Positions 1-13,539 of a stretch of DNA of 60,000 bases are shown here, in pieces. Position 1 is the stretch's first letter. Each line of letters opens with the position of its first letter. Source of the stretch: Callorhinchus milii (taxonomy: Eukaryota); contig NW_024704742.1 in assembly GCF_018977255.1 (NCBI RefSeq), forward strand, positions 109,990,001 to 110,050,000, in the 5' to 3' direction. The notes beneath the pieces are model-generated. The model made no database searches, was not told where the DNA came from, and saw only the letters and a list, made by a program, of their open reading frames with translations. The translations under genes and the position numbers were made by a program.

Positions 1-14
1 TGCAGAATGAGGAG

Positions 15-62
15 ATTTATTGGACCAAATGGCCTTTCTCCTTCCATGCTTTTGATGTTCTG
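15..62 (+). mobile_element. CR1 LINE 3' tail fragment
   Basis: ggaccaaatggcctttctcc...gatgttct resembles the CR1 3' terminus. Confidence 0.4.
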
Positions 63-3000
63 AAATTTGCGTTCATATGTCGTGTCTATTCAAAGGAACT
101 CACTCCCCAGTGAGATGTAAACTAAACTGTTTAAGAATAATTACAGTATCCTAAATAGGAAACAAGGCAATGTTTTGAATTTTTAAAAAAAATATGATTC
201 ATATTTAAATAGGAGACTGACTGTTGTTTCAGGCTGTTATGTTCAGTGAATATTACTTCAGTATTTTACTTTGCTTAAGTTTTTGAAGTCTGAATGAGAT
301 TTGATTGTGGACAATTTGTTTCTTTTAGAGGAAGTGCTTCAGTTTTCCACGAGTAGTTTTGAACGCAGTCAAGTTTGAAATTGTGCACACTGCATGACAG
401 AAAAAGTTAGCTTTCTTTTTCATGTGAAATAAAGAAAAAAAAGATGAAAGCACATCACAGAATATTAAGTATACTACTTTATTCAACAAGATTTTGCTGT
501 TTTACAAGTAACACAAATCACGCTGTTAAGGAAACTGCTAAGTCACCAACTTAGTTGTAACTAGATGATCATAATTACGTACCACTGAATTTCTCAATCA
601 ACTGCTAATTACTTACCAATACATCAAAATCGTTACATTATCAAATACAAATTCTCAGTTGTCTGAGTTTGCTTACTGTTGTAAAAGAAATAAAATAAAG
701 CAGCCCATTTGACAAAACAGTATGTGCTATAAACATTAATAGATAGCCTTATTGATTTGAATATAACAAATTAATGAAGAAGCCTATAAACAGTTGCAGT
801 GTAAACTGCTCTCACCCTATAATACCTCCCAGATATTAATTCTTCTCTATAAATTATTGAATATTTATAGAGAAGAATTAATATTGGGTATAAATACGAA
901 TGGATGCAGTTTTATTTGTAGAAATGTACGTCTACAAATATAAGGACCAAATTCTCTTGTTGTGCACTCCTCAGTCTCTTCCAAAGTCATTTTCAGCATC
1001 GATTTGTGAGTTTCAGGATTGACTTTCCCATTCAAACAAAATTCTATCCTAAAATTGAAGTAAAATCTAGAGGACATTCGAATATATCCTGACCCATAAA
1101 TAGTAAAAATGGGAATTGTCAGCATGTGATGTTAATGAATAAAAGTGTAGATATAAAAGAATTGAAAAGATTATTAAAGTTATTGAACTTATGTGTATTA
1201 TTCTCCACTTGTCAATAGATTTGCTTGTTTTAGCGGTATACGCACACTTACAATGGGATGTTGGTGGGAGAGTAACCGTACTGATCTTCACTCAATTCCT
1301 CAACCATACAGCAGAACTACTTGGATTTTCCCGTTAACTCCACTCATCCACTTAACTAAACAAATAACTAAGCTCACCATAACTTCAGATACAGGTATAG
1401 GACTAGTTTGAGAAAGTCAGTTATTCTTTAGTTAGTGAACGAACCCTGTCTAGTGTTATTGATACAATCTAAATTGCTCAGATTTTGTGAAGAGAATCTT
1501 ATATTTGTGTTACCTGCATCAAATCTATAACTTTAAATTTGTCATTATTGTGAAGCTGTTAAATATTTTTACAAAAGATGTTCAAATCAAACTTATGCAT
1601 TACAAGTGCATATTAACTATATCACAATATAAATTTCCAGCAACATAGTAAAAAGTGATTCAGTTTAAAACCTAGTCCTGCAGCTTCTTGGGAACCATTC
1701 TACATTTTGACTGGCCAGCACTTAAGGTTAATCCTAATATTTGTTTCTCATTTTCTTCCATTGTTTTTTTTGCCTCTCCACTCATAAAACTGATATGATA
1801 TTTGGGTAGAGTTCCATGGTTGTTCACAATCCTTCAGAAAAATACAGATTATTATACAGCAACTTGATGACAGAGCCTGTACTTACAATGAGCATGCATC
1901 AATGTTCTTCTTGGACCTGAACACTGGAGGGATAACATTAAAGTTCAGCACCAGCTGTTGGTTGAGTTAAACCTGGTCCTGAAAGTGCAGGGCTGGTGTA
2001 GATGGTGCTGCCATTGAATCTAATAAGAGTAGCGTGCTGTATATGGCTTGGGAGAAATGGTGAGGAAATTAATCTTCTGTGAAGGGGAAAATTAAAATAG
2101 AAACTATACATTCTTTATGGGTGGAGTATTGTGGATTGGAAATAGTTTTCCTCCAAACTACCAATTCCCTTTAACTGAGCATAAGATTAATAAAGGTATT
2201 CAACCCATCCAGCAAAGGATTGTTTTCAAACCATTTTTCTCCTTTTTCCAAACCCAAATTTGCATCTCTATAACCCTTCAGAAATCTGTCCAATTTTCAT
2301 TATAATCTTTGAACTATGTTTTCTTTACTTCACTTGATGACAATCTATTTGAAAGCTCAACAATTCAAGGCTTGAAGTTATCCTTGAATTTGATATGATT
2401 TTTTTTCTTTTAAAATCATCTTTGGTTCCCCTATGCTAGTTTAGCATAAAATGTTGCATAGCGAACATTGTCATTATTTTTAAATTCCTCTTTTCTATCA
2501 GTCAGCTCATTAGCCTGTCTGCTATCCCGGTGCTTTGGGTGTACATGGATCCATTTACATTTGTTACAGCAATGATAAACGCTTTTTTGTTTTACGAACA
2601 TATTACATTTTCCACTGTTAATTGAATGATTACACATTAAGTACATGTGTTACAGTTACTTACATTGTATTTTAACTGGATGAAGCTCATACCTTTACTC
2701 TGTTCATGGTGCTGATGTTTTTATTTTCACTTGTATGGTTCATGAAAATTATTTTTTTTAGAGTAGCTGAATAACTATTACTTCATTCATTTATCAACAG
2801 ATATAGTTCTAGCTACAAGGAAAATAAAGTCTCATGAACTGTTATAAATACATTTGCAAAAAAAAATCAGTTGTAAGCAACTTGAAGTTAATTATACAAT
2901 ATATGTGTTTAGCATCAGAGCTGCTTTGGTTGCAAGAACATGACCCATTTTGGATATCTAAACTTGGCAAATTTTATTGTACGTAGCGTTCTGACTTTTT

Positions 3001-4409
3001 AAGTAGCATATTTTAGAACTTAGTAATAAGATAGTATTTGTGTTTGATATTTTCAGTGTGAAGTTGCGTGTGCCCAGTGCAGAATTTTGTAAATTGTTAT
3101 GGGATGATGGGAAAACCAATGAATAAATTATCATATATTTTTAAGGTCACATTGTAACTGAGACTGATACAGTTTATTTGAAAAGAACAGTTGCATTTTT
3201 CTGATCAGAGAAATGATGCATAAAGCTTCTCTGGGGCTCCATTGTGGCAGAGATGATGTTGTTATGTTGGGTGCAGATTTAGAGTGCTTTCACAATGGAA
3301 CTTTGATACAGGAAACACGGTGTATTTCTGAATCAATCACTGCGTATCAAGCCTTGATTCAAATTCTGATTGACCAAGTGTTTATTATAGTAAAATGGCA
3401 GTAGTTGAGTTTAGAGTCAGATTGCTATGATTCTATGTAAATCATCTTACAATTTCAAGATTTGGGGTCGGATCCAGCGCATTTTTGATATTGTGTAAAC
3501 TATGTTAATATATTTGTCATATGGTTATTGTCTGAAAATGTTTTTGAATATTGTACGGTGTCCCGAAACAATTCTTTGGATACTTTCCATGTAGGACAGA
3601 TTACGACTGAATATTTAGAAGTATAAAATAGTATAAAATTATAGGAAACATTACAATGGATAGATAAAATCCAATGGATCAATACGAATTATAGAAGTGA
3701 TTCTCTGCTGGTCAGTACATTGGATTTCCTTTATACATTAATTTTTCCAAGATAAGTATGTATATATATATATATGTATGTATTGACTGGTAGAAATTAG
3801 GTACTTGTTCCCACATCCCTTTCTCTGGTCAGTAAATTTTCTGATAAGCAAACAATCATACACAAGTATTCAATAACACTTGACATAACAAAAGTAAACA
3901 CATGTCAGATAGTTCACTCTTTATTAAAGAAAAAACATCAGAATTTTTCAGGCTATTGTTGGCAGGAACAATTAACGTTTTTAAATACCAACTTTGTTAT
4001 TTTAATATCTAACGGTTTTTAAATACATCTTAATCCAAATGTGTGTGGTTTGAATACACTGTCTTTGCATCATATGGCTACGTGATCAATTGTAGGTGAC
4101 ACAAGAATCATCTGAAACAGCATAACTGAAAGGCAAAAATAATAAGGTCACTTCAGTCTATTTAAAGGATTATCTCTGATAAAATCATTACCTGTGAAGA
4201 TTAACTTTCTAAATAGTGTGAGCTCTAATTTTCATGTAGCTTTGCCATTGATAAAATCACTTACTTCTAGAGATCAACATATTGTTTGCCCGCGTTAATT
4301 TTATTCATACAATTGATGCCTTTTAGCCCTAACCATTGAACCCATGATACCTTAACCTTGGAATTAAACCAGCTTTACTCTCCATTATCTTACCCTGGCA
4401 GTGATGAGT

Positions 4410-4790
4410 GATAGTTTGACTCAGTGGGTAGCATTTGCCTCTGAGCTAGAAGGGTGAGGGCTCATCATCTAGACTGACACACCAATGCAGTGCTGAGGGG
4501 AGTGCTGCATTTTCATAGGCGCCATCCTTCAGATGAGATGTTAAACCAAGTACCCATCTGCTTGTTCAGATGGGCATTAACAACAAATAATGATCCTCGG
4601 CTTTATTCAAAAAGAGAAGGAGGTTTCTCCCAGTGTCCTGGCTAACCGCTCACAAATACATACAAATACAAATACCGCAGGACATTGCTCTGAGCAAATT
4701 AGCTGTTGTTTTCACAGTCACTACAGAAAATATCCTGTGATGAACTCGACTATGCGATAAGATGCTGTATCAAATGCAATATATTATAGT
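4410..4790 (+). mobile_element. Deu-domain tRNA-derived SINE (SacSINE1/AmnSINE1-like)
   Basis: Head gactcagtgggtagca...gcctctgag. Deu core tgcagtgctgaggggagtgctgca...cttcagatgagatgttaaacc...ccagtgtcctggctaac. L2-like tail gatgctgtatcaaatgca. Confidence 0.75.
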
Positions 4791-4989
4791 CTTGCTATCA
4801 TTTAACCCAGTAGCTATCACTAACTATATATTGTACCATTGTAAAACTGTTATACATTCCTCTGGCAGAGATGCCAGATATACTCAGTTACATTCAAACC
4901 AAAACTGCCTTAAATCACCTTAACCCAGCAACAGTGTTACTAGTAACTGTATTGCCTTAATCTGACAACTGCTTTATATTAGCTACATC

Positions 4990-5040
4990 CTTTAAGATGG
5001 CCTGGCATGAAAGGTGATATATAAATGTAAATTGTATTGT
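4990..5040 (+). mobile_element. L2-type 3' tail fragment
   Basis: catgaaaggtgatatataaatgtaaattgtattg matches the tails of the L2 copies at about 13330 and 20410. Confidence 0.55.
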
Positions 5041-6869
5041 GTACCTTCTATCACTTAATCTAACAGGTATTCTAACTAAACCCCCATATTACCTATAACC
5101 ACTCAAATCCTGTATCACCTTCACAAAGCAGCAGTATTTTGTCGCCTTAACCAAGGAAATAGTAGTAACCAATTAATTGATCACTCTTATTCATGAAATA
5201 ATCAGATATTTTATGACACAAACTACAATGCACTTCCTTTTGAGCTGTCTAACATCTTAATTTTTACAACTTTGAAATTGATCAGTATCCAGGAAATTGC
5301 AGAATTTCTAAACTTTTTTGTGGGAAGAAAAATCTACATTTTAGATTTGATTATTAAATAGAAGAGATTTTTGGCATGTCCTAATAAATATCAGGAAACT
5401 CACACTAAACCTGTTTTTATGCTTGAAAATAGAGTAGGCTTGTTGCTTGAGATACATGGTTTACAAGGAAACTCTTGGAGCACTGGTCTGTCTGTGTCCA
5501 AAACATACATTGACAAAGAGGATCATTATTCACAGTGTTACAGCAAAATCTGATTGAATGAAACATTATCAACCTGTGATTTAATGAGATGCTGCAACAT
5601 GAAACAGTATTCAGTCAAATTTATTTTCAATAATAAACACTTAAGTATCTCTGTAGTACAAAAATGGTAAAATTACATTAACATTTGAAAGATACTGGAT
5701 CTGCGGTGTGTCTTATTTTATCTAGCAATTTCCACTTAACATTTCTCATTTTCAGGATACATGAGCCTCTGCTTCTATCCTATGCAAGAGTACCATTTGC
5801 AGCCTGTTATTGCAATCGCATTTTAAACGTGTACAACACTACCTGTCTTTTTCTTTGGAATTGGTGAAAATCTCATTGTTATAGTAGAACGTAGGTCTAA
5901 CTCTCCATGCTGTCTGCATTCATCCTGTCCTTTGAGGCTGTCATTTTTATCTGTCTCTCCGAACTGCCTCCCTTTGCTGATCTGCCATTTTCTAATGTAT
6001 TGCTGTTTTACTTGTATGATTTCTGGTGAGACAATCTTAGACCTGGCTGCCATTCTTTCAGTTACAGAGAAAAGGGCTGTCTCTGGTGCCTACTCTTCAG
6101 AAAAAGTTGATTCATGTGTAAATTATCAGTTACCCTTTATTTGTTCGGCCTGTGGAGAGTACACATGCAGATAAAAGGCTCAGAGGGTCAGGGCTTATAC
6201 ATGCATGTTTCTCTTGTGGCCAGAATGACAGTCTTAGCATTGTTGTCAAAGATTATCACAGAGACTGGAAGACCCATCATTATGTGTGTGCCGTTAGTTT
6301 TTATTTTAAGACAATATGACTAAAACAAATCCTAAACAAACCAAGCTGCATATTAAATATCCTGATAATAAATTAGAATATTATCAATTGGAACTGGTTT
6401 AGAAAACATTTTTTGGCCCCCTAGAGCTTGAAGACAGATTGTATCTTGAAGTTCTCACTCACTACCGCCTCCTTCTATTCCCATTCCAACTTCATATTGC
6501 CTTCAGCCAGGAAACACACAGATTCTGGATTGTAGACTTCTATGGTACTGTTTTCAGATAACAGGAGATGTGTTCCGTGTGCCAAGATTTGTTATTTTGC
6601 TTTTCCTTCACCCTTTTACCCAATTCAGATTGTTCCAATTAACAATCCTGTTGAAATTTGTGAAACTGTCCTGGCAGAACTGATCATTTCTTTATATTAT
6701 GAAGCATTACAAAGGATGTACAATGGCAAATAGGAGAATACCCAATTTATTTCTCAAATGACTTATCACAAAGTTGCATGCAAGTCTGAAGATATTCATG
6801 AGTGGAATTAGTATTTTTTAAATGGATTATAGGAAACTACCTTTAATTGTGTCAAAATAGGTATAGGAG

Positions 6870-7400
6870 GGACCACATACCCATTGAGACTGTTCCACCA
6901 GTTTGTTAGAACTTGGCAGATATTTTAATCCAAATGCCCTTTCATCATATTCTTTACTACCCAAGTATCTAACTTTTAAACAGCCTGATTGATTCTGCCT
7001 CTACAGCTTTCTGGAGCAGAGCATTCCTATTCTTCTCAGCCTTCAATGTGAGCAAATGCTTCCTGTGACCTTAATTCCAGCATATACCTACAAATATGCA
7101 GTCACTACACTTCACAGTAAAATCCGATAAATAAATAATAACTTTGAGACATCTTGATGATTTGATAAAGTGCTATTATCAAAATGCAAGGATTATTATT
7201 ATTATTTATTATAACCATCTTATTTTAAGGCAATGTCCCTTGTAATGGATGGATCCCTCTTCCAGAACAAAGAGCCATCCACTATCTAACTTGTCAGGCC
7301 CTTTCATTAATTTAAATACCTCAACCAAATCGTCCCTTAACCTCCTGTGTTCTGAAGACTATAATCCCAATCTACCCCAGTCCACCTGTAGCTCGTTTCT
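6870..7400 (-). mobile_element. Degraded CR1 LINE 3' region interrupted by a SINE tail (about 7100-7205, + strand)
   Basis: Similar to the CR1 copy at 16657-17312 (ctgttccacca; gcattcc; ttaaatacctcaa; cccttaacct). Insert reads tttgagacatc...tatcaaaatgcaaggattattatt. Confidence 0.6.
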
Positions 7401-7559
7401 CTCTACAGACCTAACTGACCACAATCTTAAAAATCCCTTTATGGATACACAAAATTCAATTCTGTGATTTGTTTTAGTCATAACTAACATAAATATTTAG
7501 CTCTATACAAAAGCAAAAATGGGTATAATATAGGTGTAAGTTGTTGGGAAATAAATAAA

Positions 7560-8060
7560 AGGAAGTGTGACCCATGGCGCTTCATTTCTACGGAACATGT
7601 TCTAAGTATGAACGAATGTTGAGAGCTGACATAAATCAGTCCAGTAGTTTTATGCCCGTGATCAGAGAGAGGAAAATAGTTCCATTCACAGTATTAGCAT
7701 TGGATAATCAAATTCATAGTGGAGTGACCATATCAAAAAGATTGTTCATCATAATGCCAACTGTTCTGGATGACACACAACAGGTATCTCTATTTTCCCA
7801 GATCTTTTCAAGGAATAAGATAGAATTGCGGGTGTTTGTTGGAAATTTAGAGTAATTCTACCACCAAGATCATTGACACCTGTGGCCCATCCATGTACTT
7901 TTGATGAGCAGTCCTTCAATAATGATCTTGCTGGAACTCAAGTGTACGTAGAGGAAACATCCCTTATTTTGAAACTGCACATCCAGTGCCTTTTATTGCT
8001 TAGGAGATGATCTCCCAAGGCGGTCAAATTCATAGTCCATGTCTTGCTGTCCAATACTAC
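7560..8060 (+). mobile_element. Degenerate PIF/Harbinger DDE transposase fossil
   Basis: Frameshifted motifs in the expected order: MALHFYGTCS..ADINQS; FHSISI; DHIKKIVHHNANCSG; LTPVAHPCTFDEQSFNNDLAGTQVYVEETSLILKLHIQCL; SPKAVKFIV. These are collinear with HARBI1-family motifs. Confidence 0.7.
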
Positions 8061-8789
8061 AAAGGTTTATTGACATATTTTCCTTTGAAAAATTCCTTCT
8101 AATAGTACCCCCCTATTCATTTTGTTTCAGTTAAAGTCACAAATATTTGCTAATTCCATGCGTTTGTTACCGTTTTCATGAGAATATGATACAGTTGCAC
8201 AGCTTGGTTGCCATAGCAGGTCTGCTGGTTCATATGCCACACCAAATCTTTACTTTGGCAAACAATGGGTGGGAGACGAGGGTAAAAGGCAAAAGAAGAT
8301 TGACACATTTTTTTGAATACATTGAATTTAAAAAAAAACATGATTAGTCATAGAAGTCATTCAATGAATCATTCAAGCTAGAAATATAGAACAAAATCTC
8401 TACCTAACTTTTGTAACCAATGATTGGTCAGGCATCAAGATTTTGCTTGTCTGTATCACATACCTGAAAGTTTTGATTTTATCAGTGTCAATGAGAACCC
8501 ACTGGTCACCGATGTTTAAACACAATGTCATTGACCTAGATGAGGAGAGTCCATGAAGTCAACCCCAGAAAACGTTACAGCTAGTTTATGATTAACTTTA
8601 AGTTCTTTTGAGGCTTTATGCTTTTGAAATACCATAATTATCTACTATCAAGTGTACCAATATTAATATGATTGGCATTTCTAAGAGGCAAATTCTTTAA
8701 TTTTGTAAATTTTAAGTAATATGCTACTATGCACTATTTGTTAGGTTTTACCTTAAAATCCCAAATTTACAATAAATCCTGTAAATGTG

Positions 8790-8865
8790 ATTGTAAATCC
8801 TGTGAATTGTTTTGAGAAGTACTCCTGCTGTGAAAGGCATGATATCAAATGCAAGGATTGTAAAA
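8790..8865 (+). mobile_element. SINE/L2-type 3' tail fragment
   Basis: cctgtgaattgttttgagaag...gtgaaaggcatgatatcaaatgcaaggatt. Confidence 0.55.
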
Positions 8866-9419
8866 TATTATCATTGAAAAGGATCGTTCATTGATAGGGA
8901 AATATCTCACAAAGTATACATTTTGGCAGAAAAAAATCATTTGTAGTCAGATTAATGTGAAATGATGTATGCTTCTAATTCATAGTGATCAATTATAGTT
9001 ATTTCCTGTAAAGGTAGATTCCACCTGATTAGAGTAATATCTTCTTACCTTAAATTCGAACGCGCAGGCAAGTAATGTAAAAATCTGAATCATACAATTT
9101 GTACCATCTATTATTATCAAAAACATTTAAATATTTTTTCCTGATTCTGATCAGGTGCACATAATCCCCCTAATTTGGCAATATGACCAAAATATCTGAG
9201 GTTATTATATGAACAGTTATATTGTTACAACTGCTGATATAAATTTAGTTTTCTAAGTGATATGTTTCATTTTGTGTTTTTTTGCACATACTGTACATCT
9301 CATCAGAATGAGAGTGCTGTTAGCACTTTATACATATTGGCACTTTATGACAAGAATATATTTTCATGTTTTTAAATATAGAAAAACTCCCTTTTTGTAT
9401 TTCTGTGTTTTTTCCCGTA

Positions 9420-9640
9420 CATTTCTTCCCCACTACTTTGTTGTTTTTTCCCATGGTCTGCACCATTCCACTTTGATAGCGCAGGTAGCTGACCTGCACT
9501 CAGACCTCCACCAATGCAACTTGTTAAGCGTCTGCCAGGAGGTGGGGCCAATCCTGTGATTTTCCTTTTCTCCATCTGGGAAAATGTCTGGCCGTTGTTC
9601 AATGTTTCATCGCAATAGCAAGGCTAAGATCGGGAATTCA
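9420..9640 (-). mobile_element. Possible degenerate Myb/SANT-like gene of a Harbinger element
   Basis: Minus-strand reading PDLSLAIAMKH*TTARHFPRWRKGK...QVALVEV*VQVS...SGMVQTM weakly resembles Harbinger Myb proteins (SD.SL..LL......LFP.DG.K...AW.EVA..VS). Confidence 0.3.
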
Positions 9641-12019
9641 GCTCACTAGGAAATCGTGAACATAAATAAACCCGTGTCCCATATTCTTCCCAGCTTGTAG
9701 ATTCTCCTGAAGTTGCTCCACTCCTTTGACCATTAGCTTTCTAAGGACTGTCTTTACCTTGTATAAGAACCAGTGTATTGATATTGGAATAGCACATTGA
9801 TACACCTTAATGTAATACAGTGGAGTCATGTGCTCCAGTGGTTAAGAATGGACAAAAAATGTTAATGCAACAAAATAGTCATACTGTTACGGTCTAAGGA
9901 GAAAAGCTTAAAGAAAAGTGAAAGGCTTTATACCAAATGTAAGGAGTATTATTATTATTATTATATGAGCTTGGACTTGTAAAAGTTTGATATCCAGGTG
10001 TTTTCTAGACAAGATCGTATGTACGGAATGTTAGTTTGATAGGACACAATCTTCAACATTGTAACTGTTCTTTAGGCTTGTACAGACCAGCTTTGTTTGA
10101 AACATGTCTGGAAAATCATGACTACATTAAGATTTTAAAAATCTTCATTGTAATGGAATACTTTTATAAATGGTTTTGAGTATCAGAAGCAGTTGACAGT
10201 ATGATATTTGCAGATGATTTTTAGTTAATCTAACTGTGACAGATTGTAAATATACATTTCATGAGCCGCTGTGTAAATTTGACATATTAATCCTGCAATT
10301 TTGCTTTTGCAGCATTATTTGCTAATGTGTTTGAATTATTTATCCACGTTTGGTGTTTGTGAGGTTTTCCGTTTAAAAGCATTACTCTCCAGATTCTGAA
10401 TCTGGTTCTTATTTAATGATCCAAAGTCATGTCCTGGATTGAAACCATCTCACGCTGGCTTAGAAAATTAAGATTTGATCAGTATCATATTGAGAACAGC
10501 TGAATATTCACAGCAAGTCAGAGTCATGCTAACATAAAGATTTATCAGATCTTAGCATATTATTTAACCCCTGATAGCTACAAAATGTGAATGGTTTAAA
10601 TAAAACTCCAGCAAGGTTATGAATAAAAGGTAGTGTCAAGTAAAACTATAGTTTAATTTATTAAACACACCTTGAGTCAGAATAAATTGATCATCACTTG
10701 AAAAAGGTTGGTTACTTCTGAAATAATCATTTACATGGTTAATTTTTTACTTACCTAGATCTTGCCTTAGCTTCAGTTTTCATTGATTATCATGTTCTCT
10801 CTGTCCACATTTAGAATTCCTCAGTTCCAAGCAAGCACTCCCAAAAAATGTTTTAAATGTGAAATCTAACCTCTTATCCAACCACTGCCCAACTTTACGT
10901 AGATCTTATCTGAGCAGAAATTGTCTTCACCTGCGGTTTCAGGCATTTTGTTTTTCTGACTCTGTTAGCATTCATTAAATGTTGTACAAAGCTTTCGATG
11001 TAGTAAGCACTATTCTTGCATCTTGTACAGGGTGCCCCAATGTGTCCGTCATCAAATTTTGGCCCTCTTCCACCTTTTATTACAAGTCAGAGAAAACATT
11101 TTTATTTAGCAGGTCTTTGGACTAATGTTTTGGGGATTTTTGGTCAGCCGGGTGTCTGATCTATGCCTTGCTTAAAAGTATCCAAATCAAACCAGGCATT
11201 CCACATATGTATGCCACCTTATGTTTTGAAATTTCTCTTTCTCTGGACTGGAGTGGGCATTCTATCAGAGGGACTACATCCCACTTATATTTCTAGGCTT
11301 AGGAACCCCAGAGTGTGTGTTGGGGTTAGGGTTGGAGTTTAACCAGCTAAAATAACATAGCTTGAACTTAAAATAGCTTGACATGAGAGCACTATCTGGC
11401 AAGCTTCCTCCTGCTTGTACAGTTAGAACCCCATCCTCTAGGCTAATCGGATGGGGTTAAAGGAGCCAAAGGGGGAAGAATCCCTGCCTCCAGGCCCTCT
11501 CAACAGCTACATTGGCTGGTCTGTCATCAACAGTGACCTAGAGTACTGAAGACCTACCTTGCTCAGGAAGTGGACAACTATCATCACATAGATCGACAAT
11601 TCAAAGGATTGATTTTCAATTGGTAGGAATGTCAACTCGGAGTCAACTCAGCCCCAAGAAAACCGCACTTATCTCCCCACTCCCACCACGAATATCACTA
11701 GCTGGTCATTAGACAAATGAGGTTTAAGGTCTTCCTCTCAAATTTTGAAAAAGCATGTATTCAAGTTCAAATTGAATGTTTATTGGAAACATATTTGATT
11801 CTTACCAAGACTGACTTCAACATGTCCATCAATTGCAAAAAGATGATTTTTTAACTGCCAATCCCTTTGATTGGGTACAATATTGTGCATGCCATTGATT
11901 CCAGGAAGGGCATAGGGTAGGCTAAAAATGCAGCCTTATTCTTTAACCCTTTTTGTGGACACGTACCTATGTGATCACAAGCCCTTTTCTTGTTGCACAC
12001 ATTCCTGCAAGAAAAAATG

Positions 12020-12260
12020 AGCAAAAGTTTAGAAGGAACTTCTCTAAGCAGAGGAAGATAAGAATGTGGAACCTACTGCCAAAAGCTATGATACAAGCAT
12101 AAAGCATTGCTTAAGAGGAAACTTAATACTTATATAAGGGAGAAGGGAATAGAGGGATATAGGAGAGAACAAGAGTGGAATCTCATGGAGTATAAATACC
12201 AGCACAGACGAGTTGAGCCTATTGCCCTCTGTTCATGCTGTATAATTCTACATAGTTCTG
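12020..12260 (+). mobile_element. CR1 LINE 3' end
   Basis: ttagaaggaacttct...gaatgtggaacctactgcca...taagggagaagggaatagagggatat...taaataccagcacagac...gctgtataattct. Confidence 0.7.
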
Positions 12261-12548
12261 CGAAGGAAAAAACAAGTCATTCTATGGTCTTCCAACTTTG
12301 TGTTAATTCTAATTGTAAGGTCTAAGAAGTACCCTTCCTGTGTCATCAGTGAATGCCCACTAGCAAAAACATCTCTAACATAAACAGCATTTTCTCCCAA
12401 GAAATAAGACCTGGAATCTTATGACCTCCTGCCATACAGTGATTTTCAGGGAGAAAAATGTTTATCTGATATTTATTTGATGGCGGTTATGCAGTTCTGA
12501 CCCAGATAGAGTGCTTTGTAAACCTAAATGCATTGTATTGACTGTTGT

Positions 12549-13360
12549 AAGACCGAGGCTCTCCTGATTGGCTCGCACCTCTGCACCTCAGGCACTGTCA
12601 GCATCAACATCCACGGATGCACACTCCATCTCACCAAGCCAGTCAGGAACCTATGCATCTTGTTCGACTCTCGACTGTCCTTTCTGCCCCACAACTGTGT
12701 CATGACCCGCTCTGCCTTCCCCCACCTCCGCAATATTGCCCAACTCTGTCACTGCCTCACCTCTCAGGCCTCTGAAACCGTCATACTTGCTTTCATTACA
12801 TCTAGGCTTCAAAATGCCAACTCCCTGCTTGTCACCCTTCCCAACTCTTTCCTCCACAAGTTGCAGATCATCCAAAACTCTGCAACTCGTGTCCTCTCCC
12901 GCACCAGGCTCCCACCCTCGCCCGGCTCCACTGGCTCCCCATCCCTCAGAGGATTGAGTTCAAAATCCTCGTCCTTACGTTGACAGCCTTCCATAGCCTT
13001 TCCCCCTCCTACCTCTCCCGACATGCTGACCATATCAACCCCATAACCCTGTCCTCTCCTCTGCTCAGCAGGCTCCGGCCTACTCCATGTCCCCTGCCTG
13101 GCCCGCCCCACTATGGGAGGTCGGGCCTTCAGCCTCTCTGCCCCCACCCTCTGGACCTCCATCCCACATTCCCTTCGCCTCACTCCCTCCCTTGCCTCCT
13201 TCAAGACCCTTCTCTTTGACTGTGCCTTCGACCATCCTCTCTGCCCTCCACCCTCCCTGATTCCAAGCCCCCCACTCGGATCCTAATGACCGTGACTGTT
13301 TAGCGCCTTGGCACATCCTCCTGATGTTAAAGGTGCTTTTCAAATGTAATATTGTATTGG
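12549..13360 (+). mobile_element. L2-clade LINE, 5'-truncated (RT C-terminal region plus 3' UTR)
   Basis: KTEALLIG...VRNLCILFDSRLSF...AFPHLRNIA...LAFITSRL..ANSLL...LQIIQNSATRVL. Tail gtttagcgccttgg...aaaggtgcttttcaaatgtaatattgtattg. Confidence 0.9.
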
Positions 13361-13539
13361 AGTGAAATGAAGTATTAGTTAAACAAATGAAAACAAATCA
13401 TAATCTCTTCAAGAAGAGATTGACCTGAACTCAAGGTTTCTTAGCAGGCTGATAGTAGCGGAACGTGTCAGCTACATACAGTGGCTATGGATTATCACTT
13501 ATTTTGGATATTTGCCCAGTGAAATCTTGCATATCTGGT

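Noticed and set aside
11027..11200. TA-CAGGGTG start resembling a Tc1/mariner TIR
   Set aside because: I found no matching inverted end or transposase trace nearby.
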